DNA of 64,000 nt from positions 129,828,001 through 129,892,000 of the forward strand of contig NC_082715.1 of NCBI RefSeq assembly GCF_030144855.1, in the 5' to 3' direction. The notes below the pieces were generated by a model, which was not told the origin of the DNA, did no database searches, and saw only the letters and a program-made list of their open reading frames with translations. Position numbers and translations under genes: made by a program. Position 1 is the first letter of the stretch; every line of letters starts with the position of its first letter. Origin of the DNA: Hypanus sabinus (taxonomy: Eukaryota). This document shows positions 51,585 to 63,400 of this stretch, piece by piece.

Positions 51585-52350
51585 TAGATGGTGTCACAAT
51601 AACAACCTTGCACTCAATGTCTGTAAGACCAAAGAGCCAATTGCGAACTTCAGGAAGGGTAAGACAAAGAAACACAAACTGATCCTCATAGAGGGATCAG
51701 AAGTGGAGAGAGTGGGCAATTTCATGTTCTTGGGTGTCATTATCTCTGAGGATCTAACCTGTTCCCAACATTATCGATGCAGCTATAAAAAACACTCAAG
51801 ATCTTCTGAAGATGTACTCTGGAGAGTATTCTGACTGGTTTCATCACAGTCTATTATGGGGGTTGGGGGGGGGGGAGAAGAAGAGCTACTGCACAGGACC
51901 GTAGTAAGCTACAGAGAGTTGTAAAGTTAGCTCCATCATAGATAATATCCTCTGTAGTATCTACAACATCTTCAGGGAGCAGTGTCTCAGAAAAGGATCA
52001 AGGACCACCACCACCCAGGACATGCCCTCTTCTCAAAATTACTGTTGGGAAGGAGGTACAGAAGCCTGAAGGCACACACTCAGCAATTCAGGAACAGCTC
52101 CTTCCCCTCTGCCATCCAATTTCTAAATAGACATTGAACCCAAGAACACAACCTTTCTGCTTTTTTTAGATTTCTGATTTTTGCACTACTGATCTTAATT
52201 TAACTATTTAATATATATATATATATATATACATACATACTTACTGTAATTCAGTTTTTTTTGTTTATTTATCATGCATTGCATTATACTGCTGCTGCAA
52301 AGTTAACAAGTTTCATGACAAATGCTGGTGATAGTAAATTTGATTCTGAT
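51585..52350 (+). mobile_element. Rex1/Babar-type 3' fragment, inverted relative to 50047-51345
   Basis: WCHNNNLALNVCKTKE..FMFLGVIISEDL; ends tgattctgatt; contains (TA)n at about 52212-52231; a related fragment lies at 52620-53030. Confidence 0.85.
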
Positions 52351-53044
52351 TAGTAACATAGTTTGATCCAAGCTTAGAAAATTGAATTCTCACAGCAAAA
52401 ATTAGTAATTCAAGATGAAACTTGGCTCCTAATGTAAAAATAGAAAGGTAACAAGACCTGACCAGCAAGTGGGGACTCTACTCTCTGAAATTTGGGCACT
52501 ATAAGCTATCCTTGGAGAGTTGCATTTTTAGATATCCATGTCAATTTTGTCCATAAGCCGGGAAGTACAGAAAGGTCACTCAAAATGGTACCCATACCTC
52601 CAGAGTATTGTACAGTACTTTCGATTCCAAATGCTTTCAAGTGGAAAATCCTACAAAAAGTAGTTGATAAGTCCCAGTCCATCACGGGTAAAGCCCTCCC
52701 CACCACTGAGGATTTCTACATGAAGCACTGTTGCAGGAAACCAGCAACCATTATCAGGGTCACCCTCTATCCAGGTCATGTTCTCTTCTCACTGATGCTA
52801 TCAGGAAGGTGGTACAGGAGCATCAGGACTCACACTACCAGGGTCAGGAACAGTTATTACCCCTCAACCATCAGGCTCCTGAACCAAAGGGGATGACTTC
52901 ACTCAGCTTCACTTGCCCCAGCTTTGAAATGTTCCCACATCCTATGGACTCACTGTCAAGGACATTTCATCTCATGTTCTTGATATTTATTGCTTGCTTA
53001 TTATTATTACTATCTTTTTGTAGCTTTCTGGTAGTCAAGAATCT

Positions 53045-54082
53045 AAGAATTCCGACTAAAAACATAGCTAAAAGCACCTTGTAAGAGGCAAGTTGTGTTA
53101 AAAGTATTGCCGCAAATAGTGAAGGAGGCAAGCAATGGCAAGGTGAATTTGGGGGATGAGTCGAGATGGTGTGCTTCAGATTATTAACAAATGAAGTCCA
53201 ATACCCCTACAGCTACCTGGATGCAAGGTCAGATTGCCCTGGGCGCCAAGCCAGTTTGAAGGGCTTGAGTGTGGCTTCGGGCTGGGCGATGAAATCTGAG
53301 CCCAGAGCGAGTTACTGGGCAATGTGGTCTAGGCCCCAAGCCCTTCTCAGTAGCCCAGTCCTGGTGCAATTCACTGTTTAGATAATTTAAATGCCAGCGC
53401 GTTGAAGGCGAGAGCCAACTTTGCTCGCTCTTCGCGATGTTCAGTCCTTTCTTTGGAGCATCAGAGTCTTTCGCTGAAGTGGTTCCCATGTACAATGTGA
53501 GGCATGATCCATTGTTTGGTCCATTTAAATGCTGACCCAGATAGACTAAAAAGACAGGATGTCAGGATCCAAGGTGAGAGACAATTTTGCTTGCTCTCCT
53601 CTACGGGAACCGAGGCTATGAAGACTGCCCTAGCTGCTGTGCTCCATGTCAGCTACTATGATGAATTGATAAACGAGGCTTTCGGCCTGCTCCAGATTCA
53701 GATTGGTGTTGTTCGCTTCAATTGTTTGCATGATTTGTTTTTTTCCCTCTTGTGTATCAGGTATTGGTCTTTTATTTTTGTTTTAAATGTCTTTTTCTTT
53801 AATTGGATTCTTTCAGGTATCTTTACTTTGTGGCTACCTGTGAGCAAGCATATCTCAAGGTTGTATAATTTATACAGTCTTTGATAATAACTGTACTTTG
53901 AACTTTGTATTTGCATAGTTTGTTGTCTTTTGTAAACTGGTTGAATGCTCAAGCTGCTGCAGTCTTTCATTGATTCTATTATGATTATTATTCTATTGTG
54001 GATTTATCCCACAGGAAATAGAATCTCAAGGTTGTTTATGGTGAAATATATGTACTTTGATAATAAATTTACTTTGAACTTT
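53045..54082 (+). repeat. Dispersed non-coding retroposon family ending gaatctcag.gttgtat..tactttgataataaatttactttgaactt
   Basis: The same terminus recurs at about 17335(-), 30003(-), 38570(+), 53850(+), 54020(+), 56097(+), 58272(-). Confidence 0.6.
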
Positions 54083-54589
54083 ATTTAGAAGGTGGTAAGT
54101 CTGTGGAATTCATTGCCACAGACAGCTGTGCAGGCCAAGTTATTGGACACATCTAAAGTGGAGGCTGATAAGTTCATCAAGGGCATCAAAGGTTCCAGGG
54201 AGAAGGCAGGAGAATGAGGTTGAGAAGGAAAATAAAGCAGCCACGATCAAACAGTAAAGCAGACAAGATGGGCTGAATGGCGTAACCCTGCTCCTATATC
54301 TTATGGACCCATTGGATAGATGATCATTTCAAGTTGGGCAATGCAGTAATTCAAGTTTCACAAACTTTTAGTTTCTTTGTGGAACTTTACTTAAGAAAAA
54401 ATTCCACCTATGAAAATCCTAGAAGATAACTAGAAGGAACCAATATCTTGCAAATCTATTGCACAGCACAGTACACTATATCATCCATAAAAAGGAATTC
54501 CTCTGCTGTTACTTAAATCAGGCAGTGCTAATGGAGGGAGAAAATCTGAGCCAATATCACAGGTGAACGATTTACAGTAGGAACGGCCA

Positions 54590-55260
54590 GTTCTGCTACA
54601 GACAGAGAAAGCAAGTTACCTTAAGTTGCACAGTTCAATATTGAGTCCAGAAGGCTACAGTGTACCCAGAGGGAAAATCAGGTGCTATTCTTCAAGCTTA
54701 GTTCAAGCTTCATCCCACAGTGCAAGAGGCCACAAACAGATGTCAAATTGAGAGTGGGATAGAGAATTAAAGAGGATGACAACTAAAGCTTAGGTCACCT
54801 CTATGAATTGAACAGAAGTACTCTGCAAAGTGCTCATCAAATCAGCATTCAGTTTCTTCAAAGCAGAGGAGGCCACTATGTGAATAGTACTCTACACTGA
54901 AGAATTACACATGAATCTTCATTTAAAGGGCTGTTCGAGTCTTTGGATAGTAGGAAATGAAAAGGTGAAAGGCCAGGTTGCATCTCCTGTTATTGCACGG
55001 GAAAGCGATAAAATAACGAGAAAGAGTCAAAGAGAACTGGCAAAAACTAATGAAAACCACAGAAGTACTGAGATAGAAAAATAAGGGAATGCATTGGCAG
55101 GAAAAATAATGACATTTGTGTTCTTGTTCTATCTCTTTCCCAGTTCCAAAGAAAGGTCTGTGACCAGAAATGTGAACTCTTCCTACAGACATGGAGTAAT
55201 CTGCTTAGTCATCCCAGTATTTTCAGCTTTTAAGATTTCTAGCATCTATAGTTGTTTTGA
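54590..55260 (-). mobile_element. Old Penelope-like remnant with an inverted tail copy at its 5' side
   Basis: Reverse complement resembles the end of the GIY-YIG region (gaagaatagcacctgattttccctctgggtacactgtagccttctggactcaatattgaa); plus-strand tail copy at 55140-55260. Confidence 0.5.
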
Positions 55261-56544
55261 TTCTTTGTTACATCTAGAACTTCCTGTCCCGTGATTAGGC
55301 TAGGATTAAATTGGGGGATTGTTGGGTAGTGTGGTTCAAAGGGCCAGAAGGGCCTACTCCACGCTGTATCGCAATAAAAATAAATAAATAAATCCCAGCT
55401 AGCTTCTTATTCTCCACACTCTATAAAATCAAACTCATCCAAAATTAGAATTATATCTTGCTGTTCCATTATTTTAGAGCTCCAGCATTGTCAGCTGTGC
55501 CTTATATCCAACAATTCCCTCCTCTAACTTCTTTGTACTTCCACCTGCACCACACCACTCTGATCTGTGATTCTCATGCAATGCAGTTTTGAATTATGCT
55601 TACGTGAACACCTCGGGTGACTTAGTCTGCTAAAGATTCTATTTAAATGCAAGTTTCCATTGCTCTTTATAAAATATAAACTTTGAAGTCTCACTTATGG
55701 TCTGCATCTGGTGACCCTTTTTCAACCCATTTACAATCTAGTTTATAAAAATAATTTACAGGTGTAAACTAAGGTGAAAAATAGGTTCAAAATGGGGGGG
55801 GGGGTGTTTGGGACTCGATGATCTTGTTGCGCTTGTGCAATTTATTTTTTGTACGGGGGAGGTCTGGGGATTGATGTTCTTGTTGTCGTTTGCGCGGTTT
55901 ATTTTTATTGTGGGGGCGATAGGGTTTGATGTTCCCTTTGCTCTTTGCACAATTTGTTTTTTTGCATGGGAGTGTTTGGGTTGATGTTCTTGCTGCAGTT
56001 TGTGCAATTTGGGTTTTTTTTGTGCAGGGGGAGTTTGGTGTTTTTCTTTGAATGGCTTCTATTATTTTCTTTGTTTTGGGACTGTCTGGAGAAGACGAAT
56101 CTCAGAGTTGTATACTGCATACATACTTCAATAATAAATGTACCTTGCACTTTGAACCATATATACCCTGCAGAATTACAGGTTATTTCAAACTAATAAT
56201 TCCAGCAACCAAGGTGACTTTATACAAAGAACTAAGCTCAGCTGAGGTTTTTGTTCTCATTTGGTATTAATTAATTAATGTCACAGATTTCACTACTGTT
56301 AAATACTGAATGCTTATAAAAGTAGTCACAGAAGATTCAAGTCTTTAGGGATATGGATCTATATTAAGTATAATTGAAAAGATGAATGCTGTAGTTGGAT
56401 GAAATTTGAAATAAAAACAGAAAATACTGGACTATTCAGTTGATCAGGCAAATACATAAAAAATATGGCATGAACAACAGTCGAATAAAATGTCATTGAT
56501 AGCCTCTTCTAATAACATAATATGAAGAGTCAGTTGGAGCTTAC

Positions 56545-56674
56545 CATAGGTGTGAAAGGTCCTTCTTTGCTCCTCAAACCTGAAGTCATTAATATGGGCA
56601 GGTTCAGCATATCCAGACAGCATATTTCTAGGGGCAGCCATCTGCTGTGTCTTGAAAGGGTTCACTGGTCCAAA
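56545..56674 (-). CDS. CDC40: Pre-mRNA-processing factor 17 (CDC40/PRP17), internal exon (human exon 3 equivalent)
   Basis: ttttcag|TTT GGA ... ACC TAT G|gtaagc; 130 nt, phase 0->1; encodes FGPVNPFKTQQMAAPRNMLSGYAEPAHINDFRFEEQRRTFHTY, nearly identical to the recalled human FGPENPFRTQQMAAPRNMLSGYAEPAHINDFMFEQQRRTFATY. Confidence 0.96.
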
Positions 56675-57644
56675 CTGAAAACATATTATGTACTTGCGAT
56701 TAATTGTTCTGACTCAAAATACATAGCCTTTTATTCTAGTCACTGCTCTGTAATTTCAATAATAAGCCATGTCATTTACTTAATAATTATACTAAAATAT
56801 TTATGTTGAAGTGTAAACTGAACATGAACTGTTAAATTAGGACAAGAAAACCGTTTAGTTAAAATGTATTTCTGTGAATAAAGCAAAAAAATGTTCAGCA
56901 ACTCCTTTCCAAGAAACTGAATTAAAAGAAAACAAGCTCATTAGAATTTTGCAGCATCATATTGTTATTCAACTATCCATTAACTACAGGACAGTGTTAG
57001 AAACATAGCTATCAAAAGCTTTTCAGTCTAGTTCCAAAATAATGTTGCAGCGGTATTAAGGGGAAAAATGGCTCCTCTCAAGTAGAATTCTTAAACTATT
57101 CTCAAGTGTAAGAAGAAAGTGAAAATAAGAGGGAAAAAGAATACTTGAACCTTCTTTGAACTATTTCCAGAAGAAGTGTATCCCTCGTTAAACAACAGTG
57201 ACCAAAGTTATATGCAGTACCTCAGGTGTAATCTCACCAGTGCTTGGTACGGTTGTAGAAGGCTTCTTTTGCATAAACTCACATGAATTACTTTCCCAAT
57301 TACTTATTCATTCCGATAGTCTATCTTTCATATTAGTGGCACTTAGTTTCCTCTTAACCCCAGCAATCTGTAGTCTCTTTCTAGTTACGAAATATCCTGC
57401 TCTTTTTTCTTCATCCAGTAAATTACTATAAAATCAAGAGACATGGGGAGTGTATGAACGTGGTACTGAGGCCAAGACCAGTACAGCCACAACAAAACAC
57501 GTACAGTAAATTTGAAGTCTGAATGAGCTACACTTGTTCCCTATATTTTTATCTTATTTTCCCACAGAAGCAGATAAGCACACATTTCACGCATTAACTT
57601 ACATCACTGAGCAAAGTTTTTGCATCATCCCCACAATTTATCTT

Positions 57645-57682
57645 GAGTCCTGATGAAGGTTCTTGGGCTGAAACGTCAACTG
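57645..57682 (+). ncRNA. Minimal type I hammerhead ribozyme motif, core boxes intact, stems weakened
   Basis: gagtc-CTGATGA-a-ggtt cttg ggct-GAAA-cg-TC-aactg, at the start of a short Penelope-tail copy (57645-57740). Confidence 0.6.
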
Positions 57683-60600
57683 TTTACTCTTTTCCATAGA
57701 TGCGGCCTGGCCTGCTGAGTTCCTCCAGCATCTTGTATGTTACCTTTCTACCAATCTTTTGGCAACAACAAAGATGGCTACAATACAACAGATCCCTTTA
57801 TCAAAGTCACCTTTGTAGATTTTAAACAGTTGTGGTATCCCAGAGGTTACAACCTGAAACATTTTATTGGATCTCAATTGTGTAAGTCTTCTATCTATGC
57901 TGATATAGTTTTCCAATGCCTTGACCTCTTAAAAGTAGGTTGAGCATTGGAAAAATTGGCAAAACAAATTCTCAAAGGTTTTGTGAGCACATTTAAAACT
58001 ACAGTAATAGCTAAAGATTATGTATATTTCACAGAAGTAAATTCTCTCCTGGTACATAAAAGTCAGGTATTTGGACTGTGAAGCATGGTTATAATGTTGA
58101 ATACTGCCTCATTCTTAACTATGTGAAAAACAATGGTTAAAAAAAAAGCAGGAAATGGGTGAGGGAATGGGAGCACAAGCGAGCGGGAAAGGAACCTCTG
58201 AATAGAATTTTTGGACTTCGTTATTATGACACAAGCAGGTGCTTATCAACTTTGTTATGTCTAGATTCAGTTCAATGTTCAAGTAAATTTATTATCAAAG
58301 TATATATATGTCACCATATACAACCCTGAGATTCAATGTGCTGCGATGCATTGTCACAGAAATTATCTCCAGTGTTATTGCTACTTGGATTAAGACATAT
58401 GAAATCAAAAGTCAGATTTCCAGCATCCTTAATGAAAAAAAATCAAAATGCCATCTCACAAAAAAATACTTTTTTTGAGGTAAGTTTGACAATTGATTAG
58501 GATAGAGTAGTGGATCAGGATGACGCTGAGCTTCAGTCTTCATCAGGATCGTGGCTCAGAGTTTTAAGTTCAGAGGGTTGCTTTTGGGGACAAAAGAGAG
58601 TGAGGGGTCAGGTTGGAGTTTAAAGACAGTGATGTAGGCCTCAGCTCTGCTTTCAAAGGTCAGCGACATGGGTGGGTGACGAAGGACATTTGGAATCTAT
58701 GCCTTTGTTCTGTGCTCAAAGGCCAGTGACTTGGACATCTGACGAAGGACATCCATGGATGTCAAGCTGTCCCAGGTTGGTGAGTGCTAGGAGTGAACAT
58801 CTGTGCAAACAGAGGCAGGAGGAGGCACAAGGGATAGTCATTTGGAGTTCGAACTTGGAATTCAGGATCCCATTGTGGATAAATCCGGGTGTGCGATACT
58901 GAGGGTCAATCAGAAGTCCAAAAATCATAGCCTGATGGCTGAAACCTAGAGACAGGGGTTGGGAGACCCAAGACTGCAGGTCTGTCCTGGAGTTAGAGGA
59001 GTGAGTGTGAGAGGAAGGGGGGAAGTGCTTGGGTGAATGCTTGCAGATTATTTTCCCTCAGGTTGGGTGAGATTAGAACTAGAGGGCATAGGTTTAGGGT
59101 GAAAGGTAAAATATTTAAGGGGAATCTGAGGGAGGACTTGTGGGCATGCTATGTTGTCACTGGAATGTGTGGCCTACAGTACATCCCTTAGTTGTTAACA
59201 AAAACATCGCATTTCCCTGTCTGTTTCAATGCATATGTGAAAAGTAATTCTAAACTTGAATCTTGATGTTGCCTACATTGACTTTGGTAATGCATCTGAA
59301 AAGGTCCCTCAAGATAGACTAATCCAGAGATCAAGTGTATTGGTAAACCTGATAGAAAACTGAGGGTAGTGGTAGAGATGTGGTTTGACAGTGGCCTGCA
59401 CTGCTCTACAAGAATCTGTTACTTGTAATATTCACTCAATGACCTCCATTCTTGTTTCAGTTGGTACCTAATAAGGTGGCCACTGAGTGTATTTTTGCAT
59501 GTTCATGGTTTTCTGGTCCTGTATCCCATCCACTTCAAGGTTTGGCGTGTTGCACATTCAGAGATTCCAACACACCACTGTTGGAACTCTAGACACAAGC
59601 CCTTTGCCCCATGTTGTCTCACCTACCTGCATCCAGACCACAGTCCTCTATAACTCTCATTCATGCACTTATTCAAACTTCTCTGAAATATTACAATTGA
59701 CCTCGCCTCATCAACGTCTCATACAACTTCAACATACCAACTCCTGTACTCAATGCCCTGATTTACGAAGGTCGATGTGCCAAAAACTCTCTTTATGATC
59801 CTATCAATCCACACCCATACCACCCTCACCGTGAGGAAGTCCTCCCTCAGATTCCCCTTAAATATTTTACCTTTCACCCTAAACCTATGCCCTCTAGTTC
59901 TAATCTCACCCAAACTGAGGGAAAATAACCTGCAAGCATTCACCCTACCCATACCCCTCATAATTTTGTATGCTTCTATAAGATCTCCCCTCATTCTCCT
60001 GCTCTTCAATGAATAAAGTCCTAACCTATTCAACCTCGTCCTATAATTCAGTTCCTAAAGTCCTGGCAACATTCTTGTAAATTCTGTCTGCAAACTTTCT
60101 TGTGGGTAGGTGACAAGAAATGCACACCTCCAATTTTGGCCTCAACAATGTCTTATACAACTTCATAAATCAGGGCATTGAGTATAGGAGCTGGAATGTT
60201 GAAGGCCAATGTACCAAAAGCTCTCTTTATGATCCTCTCAACCTGCACTGCTGCTTCAAATAAATTATGGATTTGTATTCCCAGATCGCTTTGTTCTTCC
60301 TCACACCTCAGAGCCTTACTGTTCACTGTGTAAGTCTGGTGTGCTTTGCCCTCACTAAGAGCAACACTTCACACTTGCCTGCATTAAATTCCATCTGCCA
60401 TTTTTCAGCCTATTCATCTGGTAGGTCCAGATCCCACTGCAAGAGTTGATAGTTTTCCTCACCATCCACTACACCCTCAATCTTGGTTCATCTGCAAATT
60501 AGCTGATTCAGTTTACCACACTGTCATCCAGATTGTTGACATAGATGGCAAACAACAATGGACCCAGCAATGATCCCTGGGACACACCACCACTAGTTCC

Positions 60601-61112
60601 AGGCCTCCAGTTAGAGAGACAACCATCTACTACTATTCTCTGGCTTCTTCCGCAAAGCCAATGGTGAATCCAGTGGACTGCTTCATCGGGACTTTCTCTA
60701 AGGCCTTGCTGAATCCATGTAGACAACATCTATCATCTCTTCTTCAACAACCTTCTTGGTAACCTCCTCAAAATCTCTGTAAGATTTATTAGATGTGACC
60801 TGTCACACACCAAGTCATGTTGACTATCCTTAGTCAGGTCTTTTCTAATACCTTCCAAAAATTTACCCAAGACTGTTGTAAGGCTCACCAACCTAAAATT
60901 TCCCAGCTAGCTCAGAGCCTTTCTTAAACAGCAGAACATTAGCTATCCTCCAATCTAGTGGTCACCAACCTTTTTAAGCCCAAGATCCCTTACTTCGGCC
61001 TTAGTGAAAGGCAAGATCGACCCTAAATTGGTTAGTCACATGCATGCGCACTGGGCAGAAAAGACTGAAAGTAAAACCCCGCAACCCGGAAGTAGACATA
61101 ATGTATGTACAC

Positions 61113-62032
61113 TAGGGGTCACCACCTTTTTTTGCACTGCGGACCGGATTAATATTGACAATATTCTTGCGGATGGGCCAACAGGGGGGCGGGGGAGGTG
61201 GTGATGTTAAACACGGAATACAGCGATACTCGAAGCAGGTTCCCCATGTCCAGTCTATTCTGCAATGTAGTTTATGTGGCTCTCAGCACTTAGCTTCTGT
61301 CCCGCTTGCTCACGTTTTTTCCACTGAAAAAACTCAGTGGATTTGTCTTTAAGTGCAGGATGCTTGGATTCAAGGTACCGAAGCAGTTTTGAGGGCTTCA
61401 TTGCCTCATCAGACAGCCTCCGGGACCGAACTCCAGCTTCCCGCCCGCGGCTAGTCGTGGGTGGGGTGAGAGCACAAGGTAAGGGCCTGAGGTCCCCGTG
61501 TCGGGGCCACGGCGGTCGCAGTCCGGACAGAGCAAGCGAGCAACCAAGTGAGGAGTGTGTCAGGGCACGCCACCCGCCCTCCTTGTAGGTAGGTAGGATC
61601 TATTGGCCAACAAATTTTGACCCGAGGGATGACTTGCAGTAGATCGCAGCGAGGTAGCTGCTCTGCTACTTATGAAACCCTGAGCCCAAATTAGGTCGTC
61701 CGCAAATATTTTAGCACCGGGTTCCCCACGAACATTCGGTGTACTAAATAGGTTTAGAGGTGGCACCCATCTGTCTGTGCTCCAGGCCAGTAGCAACGGC
61801 ACTTCTTGCTGGCCACGTGAGGTGGCTGGTTACCTGAGGCCAACCAGTGATCCCTGGTGCGAGGGCATCACTGCGTTTAAGCAACAAATGACCTTACATG
61901 GATAATGACCTCATGTGAATTCAAGTTCAACAGTGGGCATGACAGGGAATGAGGAAAGGTGCTGCTGACTCATATTGTTTCATATCGCCAAATCATATCG
62001 TTTCCTCGCGGCCCGGTGTTTGGGGACCACTG
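61113..62032 (-). mobile_element. Internally deleted Charlie/Buster-type hAT transposon nested in the MITE, carrying captured rDNA
   Basis: TIRs taggggtcacca / tggggaccactg; 8-bp TSD atgtacac/aagtacac (7/8); minus-strand transposase remnant LSDEAMKPSKLLRYLESKHPALKDKSTEFFQWKKREQAGQK at 61294-61416 and C-terminal-like RLDMGNLLRVSL near 61220-61260. Confidence 0.87.
61609..61881 (-). rRNA. 28S rRNA 3'-terminal fragment (non-functional, captured)
   Basis: Minus strand reads TTCGTGGGGAACCCGGTGCTAAAATATTTGCGGACGACCTAATTTGGGCTCAGGGTTTCATAAGTAGCAGAGCAGCTACCTCGCTGCGATCTACTGCAAGTCATCCCTCGGGTCAAAATTTGTT, recognisable as the conserved 3' end of animal 28S rRNA. Confidence 0.88.
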
Positions 62033-62489
62033 AAGTACACTGTAGTGCATGGCGGGGGGGGGGGGCTACACACATGCACACTGGGCAGAAAGGATGGAAC
62101 TAAAACACCACAACCCGGAAACAATCTCTCAAATGTATTTGTGTATTTCTTTTTTGGGATCTACTGGGAAAGTCTCAAAGATCAACCAGTCGATCGCAAC
62201 TGACGGGTTGGTGACCACGACTCCAATCCTCCCGCACCTCACCTTAAGGATGTTTTAAATATCTCTGTGAGGGTCTCTGCACTTTCTCCCCCAAGGTCCG
62301 AGGGAACATCTCATCAGGCCCTGGGGATTTATCCACTAATTTTCCTCAAGATAGCAAGCACTTCTTCTTCAATAATACAGATATAATCCATGACTATTCT
62401 TTTACCCCCAAGTGTGACCTGACCATTATCATGTAACATGACCTCCCAACCCTTGCACAATTCCTGAGGAAATAGAGGCATTGGTGAGT

Positions 62490-63400
62490 ATTTATGGCCT
62501 TGGCAGCTACATGGTTGAGTCAGGACAGGGTACTGGAGATGTTTACTCCTAGGAACTTGAAGCTCTCAACCTCAAGTCTGTTGATGTAGATAGAAACATT
62601 TGCACCGCCCCCTTCCCAAAGTCAGTGACCAGCTTTTTTGTTTAGTTTTCATTGAAGGAAATGTTGTCATGACATAATACCACTAGTCTCTTGGTCTCCT
62701 TCCTGTACTCAGACTCATTGTTATTTCAGATGAATCGTGGTATCACCTGCAAACTTGTAGATGGAGTTGGAGCAGGATCTGAGTGCATTTTGAGTAGAGT
62801 GTGGGTGGGGGGTGGGGGACGACGACTGACAATGCAGCCTTGTGGAGCATCAAGGATAATTGTGGCGGAGGTGTTGCTGTTCCTGATTGATTGTGGTCTA
62901 TTGGTCAGAAAGTCATGATCTGGTTGCACAAAGAGGAAGGCATTGAGTTCCAGGTTCCAGAGTTTGGTGATGAGCTTGCTCGGGATTAAATATGAAAGGC
63001 AAAGCTTGTTGTCAATAAACAAGTCTGACGTAGGTGTCTTTACTGTCCAACTGCTTTGAGATGACTGCAGGGCTTGGGAGATAGCATCCGCTGTAGACCT
63101 GTTTCAGCAGTAGGCAAATTGAAGTTGGACAAGATTTGTCTGTAAGGCTGGAGTTAATGCATGCCATGACCAGCATCTCAAAGCATTTTTATGATGGTAG
63201 ATGTCAGAGACACTGGAGCACATTACTTAGTTTTTCTCAGGTACTGAGATGATAGTGGTCTTCTTAAAGCAGATAGGAACTGCAGGCTAAAGTAGGGAGA
63301 GGTTAAAAATGTCTGCACATACTCCCGTCAGCTGATTTGCAAAGGATCCAAGCACATGGTCAGGGGCACCATCCAGGCCCAGATGCTTTTTGTAGGTTCA
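62490..63400 (-). mobile_element. Decayed Rex1/Babar-type RT fragment
   Basis: IPSKLITKL..DFLTNRPQS..APQGC (62726-63022). Confidence 0.75.

Larger units (their letters stand above)
60956..62220. mobile_element. Non-autonomous hAT (Charlie-like) MITE, outer element, inserted in a CR1
   Basis: TIRs tagtggtcaccaacc / ggttggtgaccacga; perfect 8-bp TSD ctccaatc at 60948-60955 and 62221-62228; internal direct repeat cacatgca..ctgggcagaaa..aacccggaa near 61037 and 62071. Confidence 0.9.
59600..62400 (-). mobile_element. CR1 RT/3' region, host of the nested hAT elements
   Basis: RRMRGDLIEAYKIMRG (59719-60033); GVSQGSLLGPLLFAIYVNNL (60508-60729); resumes after the ctccaatc TSD. Confidence 0.85.

Noticed and set aside
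56444-56665. 73-aa ORF as a stand-alone gene
   Set aside because: It is CDC40 exon 3 read through into the intron; the splice sites define 56545-56674.
58739-58772. CTGACGA followed by the perfect palindrome gacatccatggatgtc, superficially hammerhead-like
   Set aside because: No GAAA box after the stem and no convincing stem I; probably chance within a decayed repeat.
61609-61881. Functional rDNA locus or assembly contamination
   Set aside because: Only about 270 nt, with apparent CpG decay, and bounded by nested TIRs and TSDs continuous with the flanking CR1.
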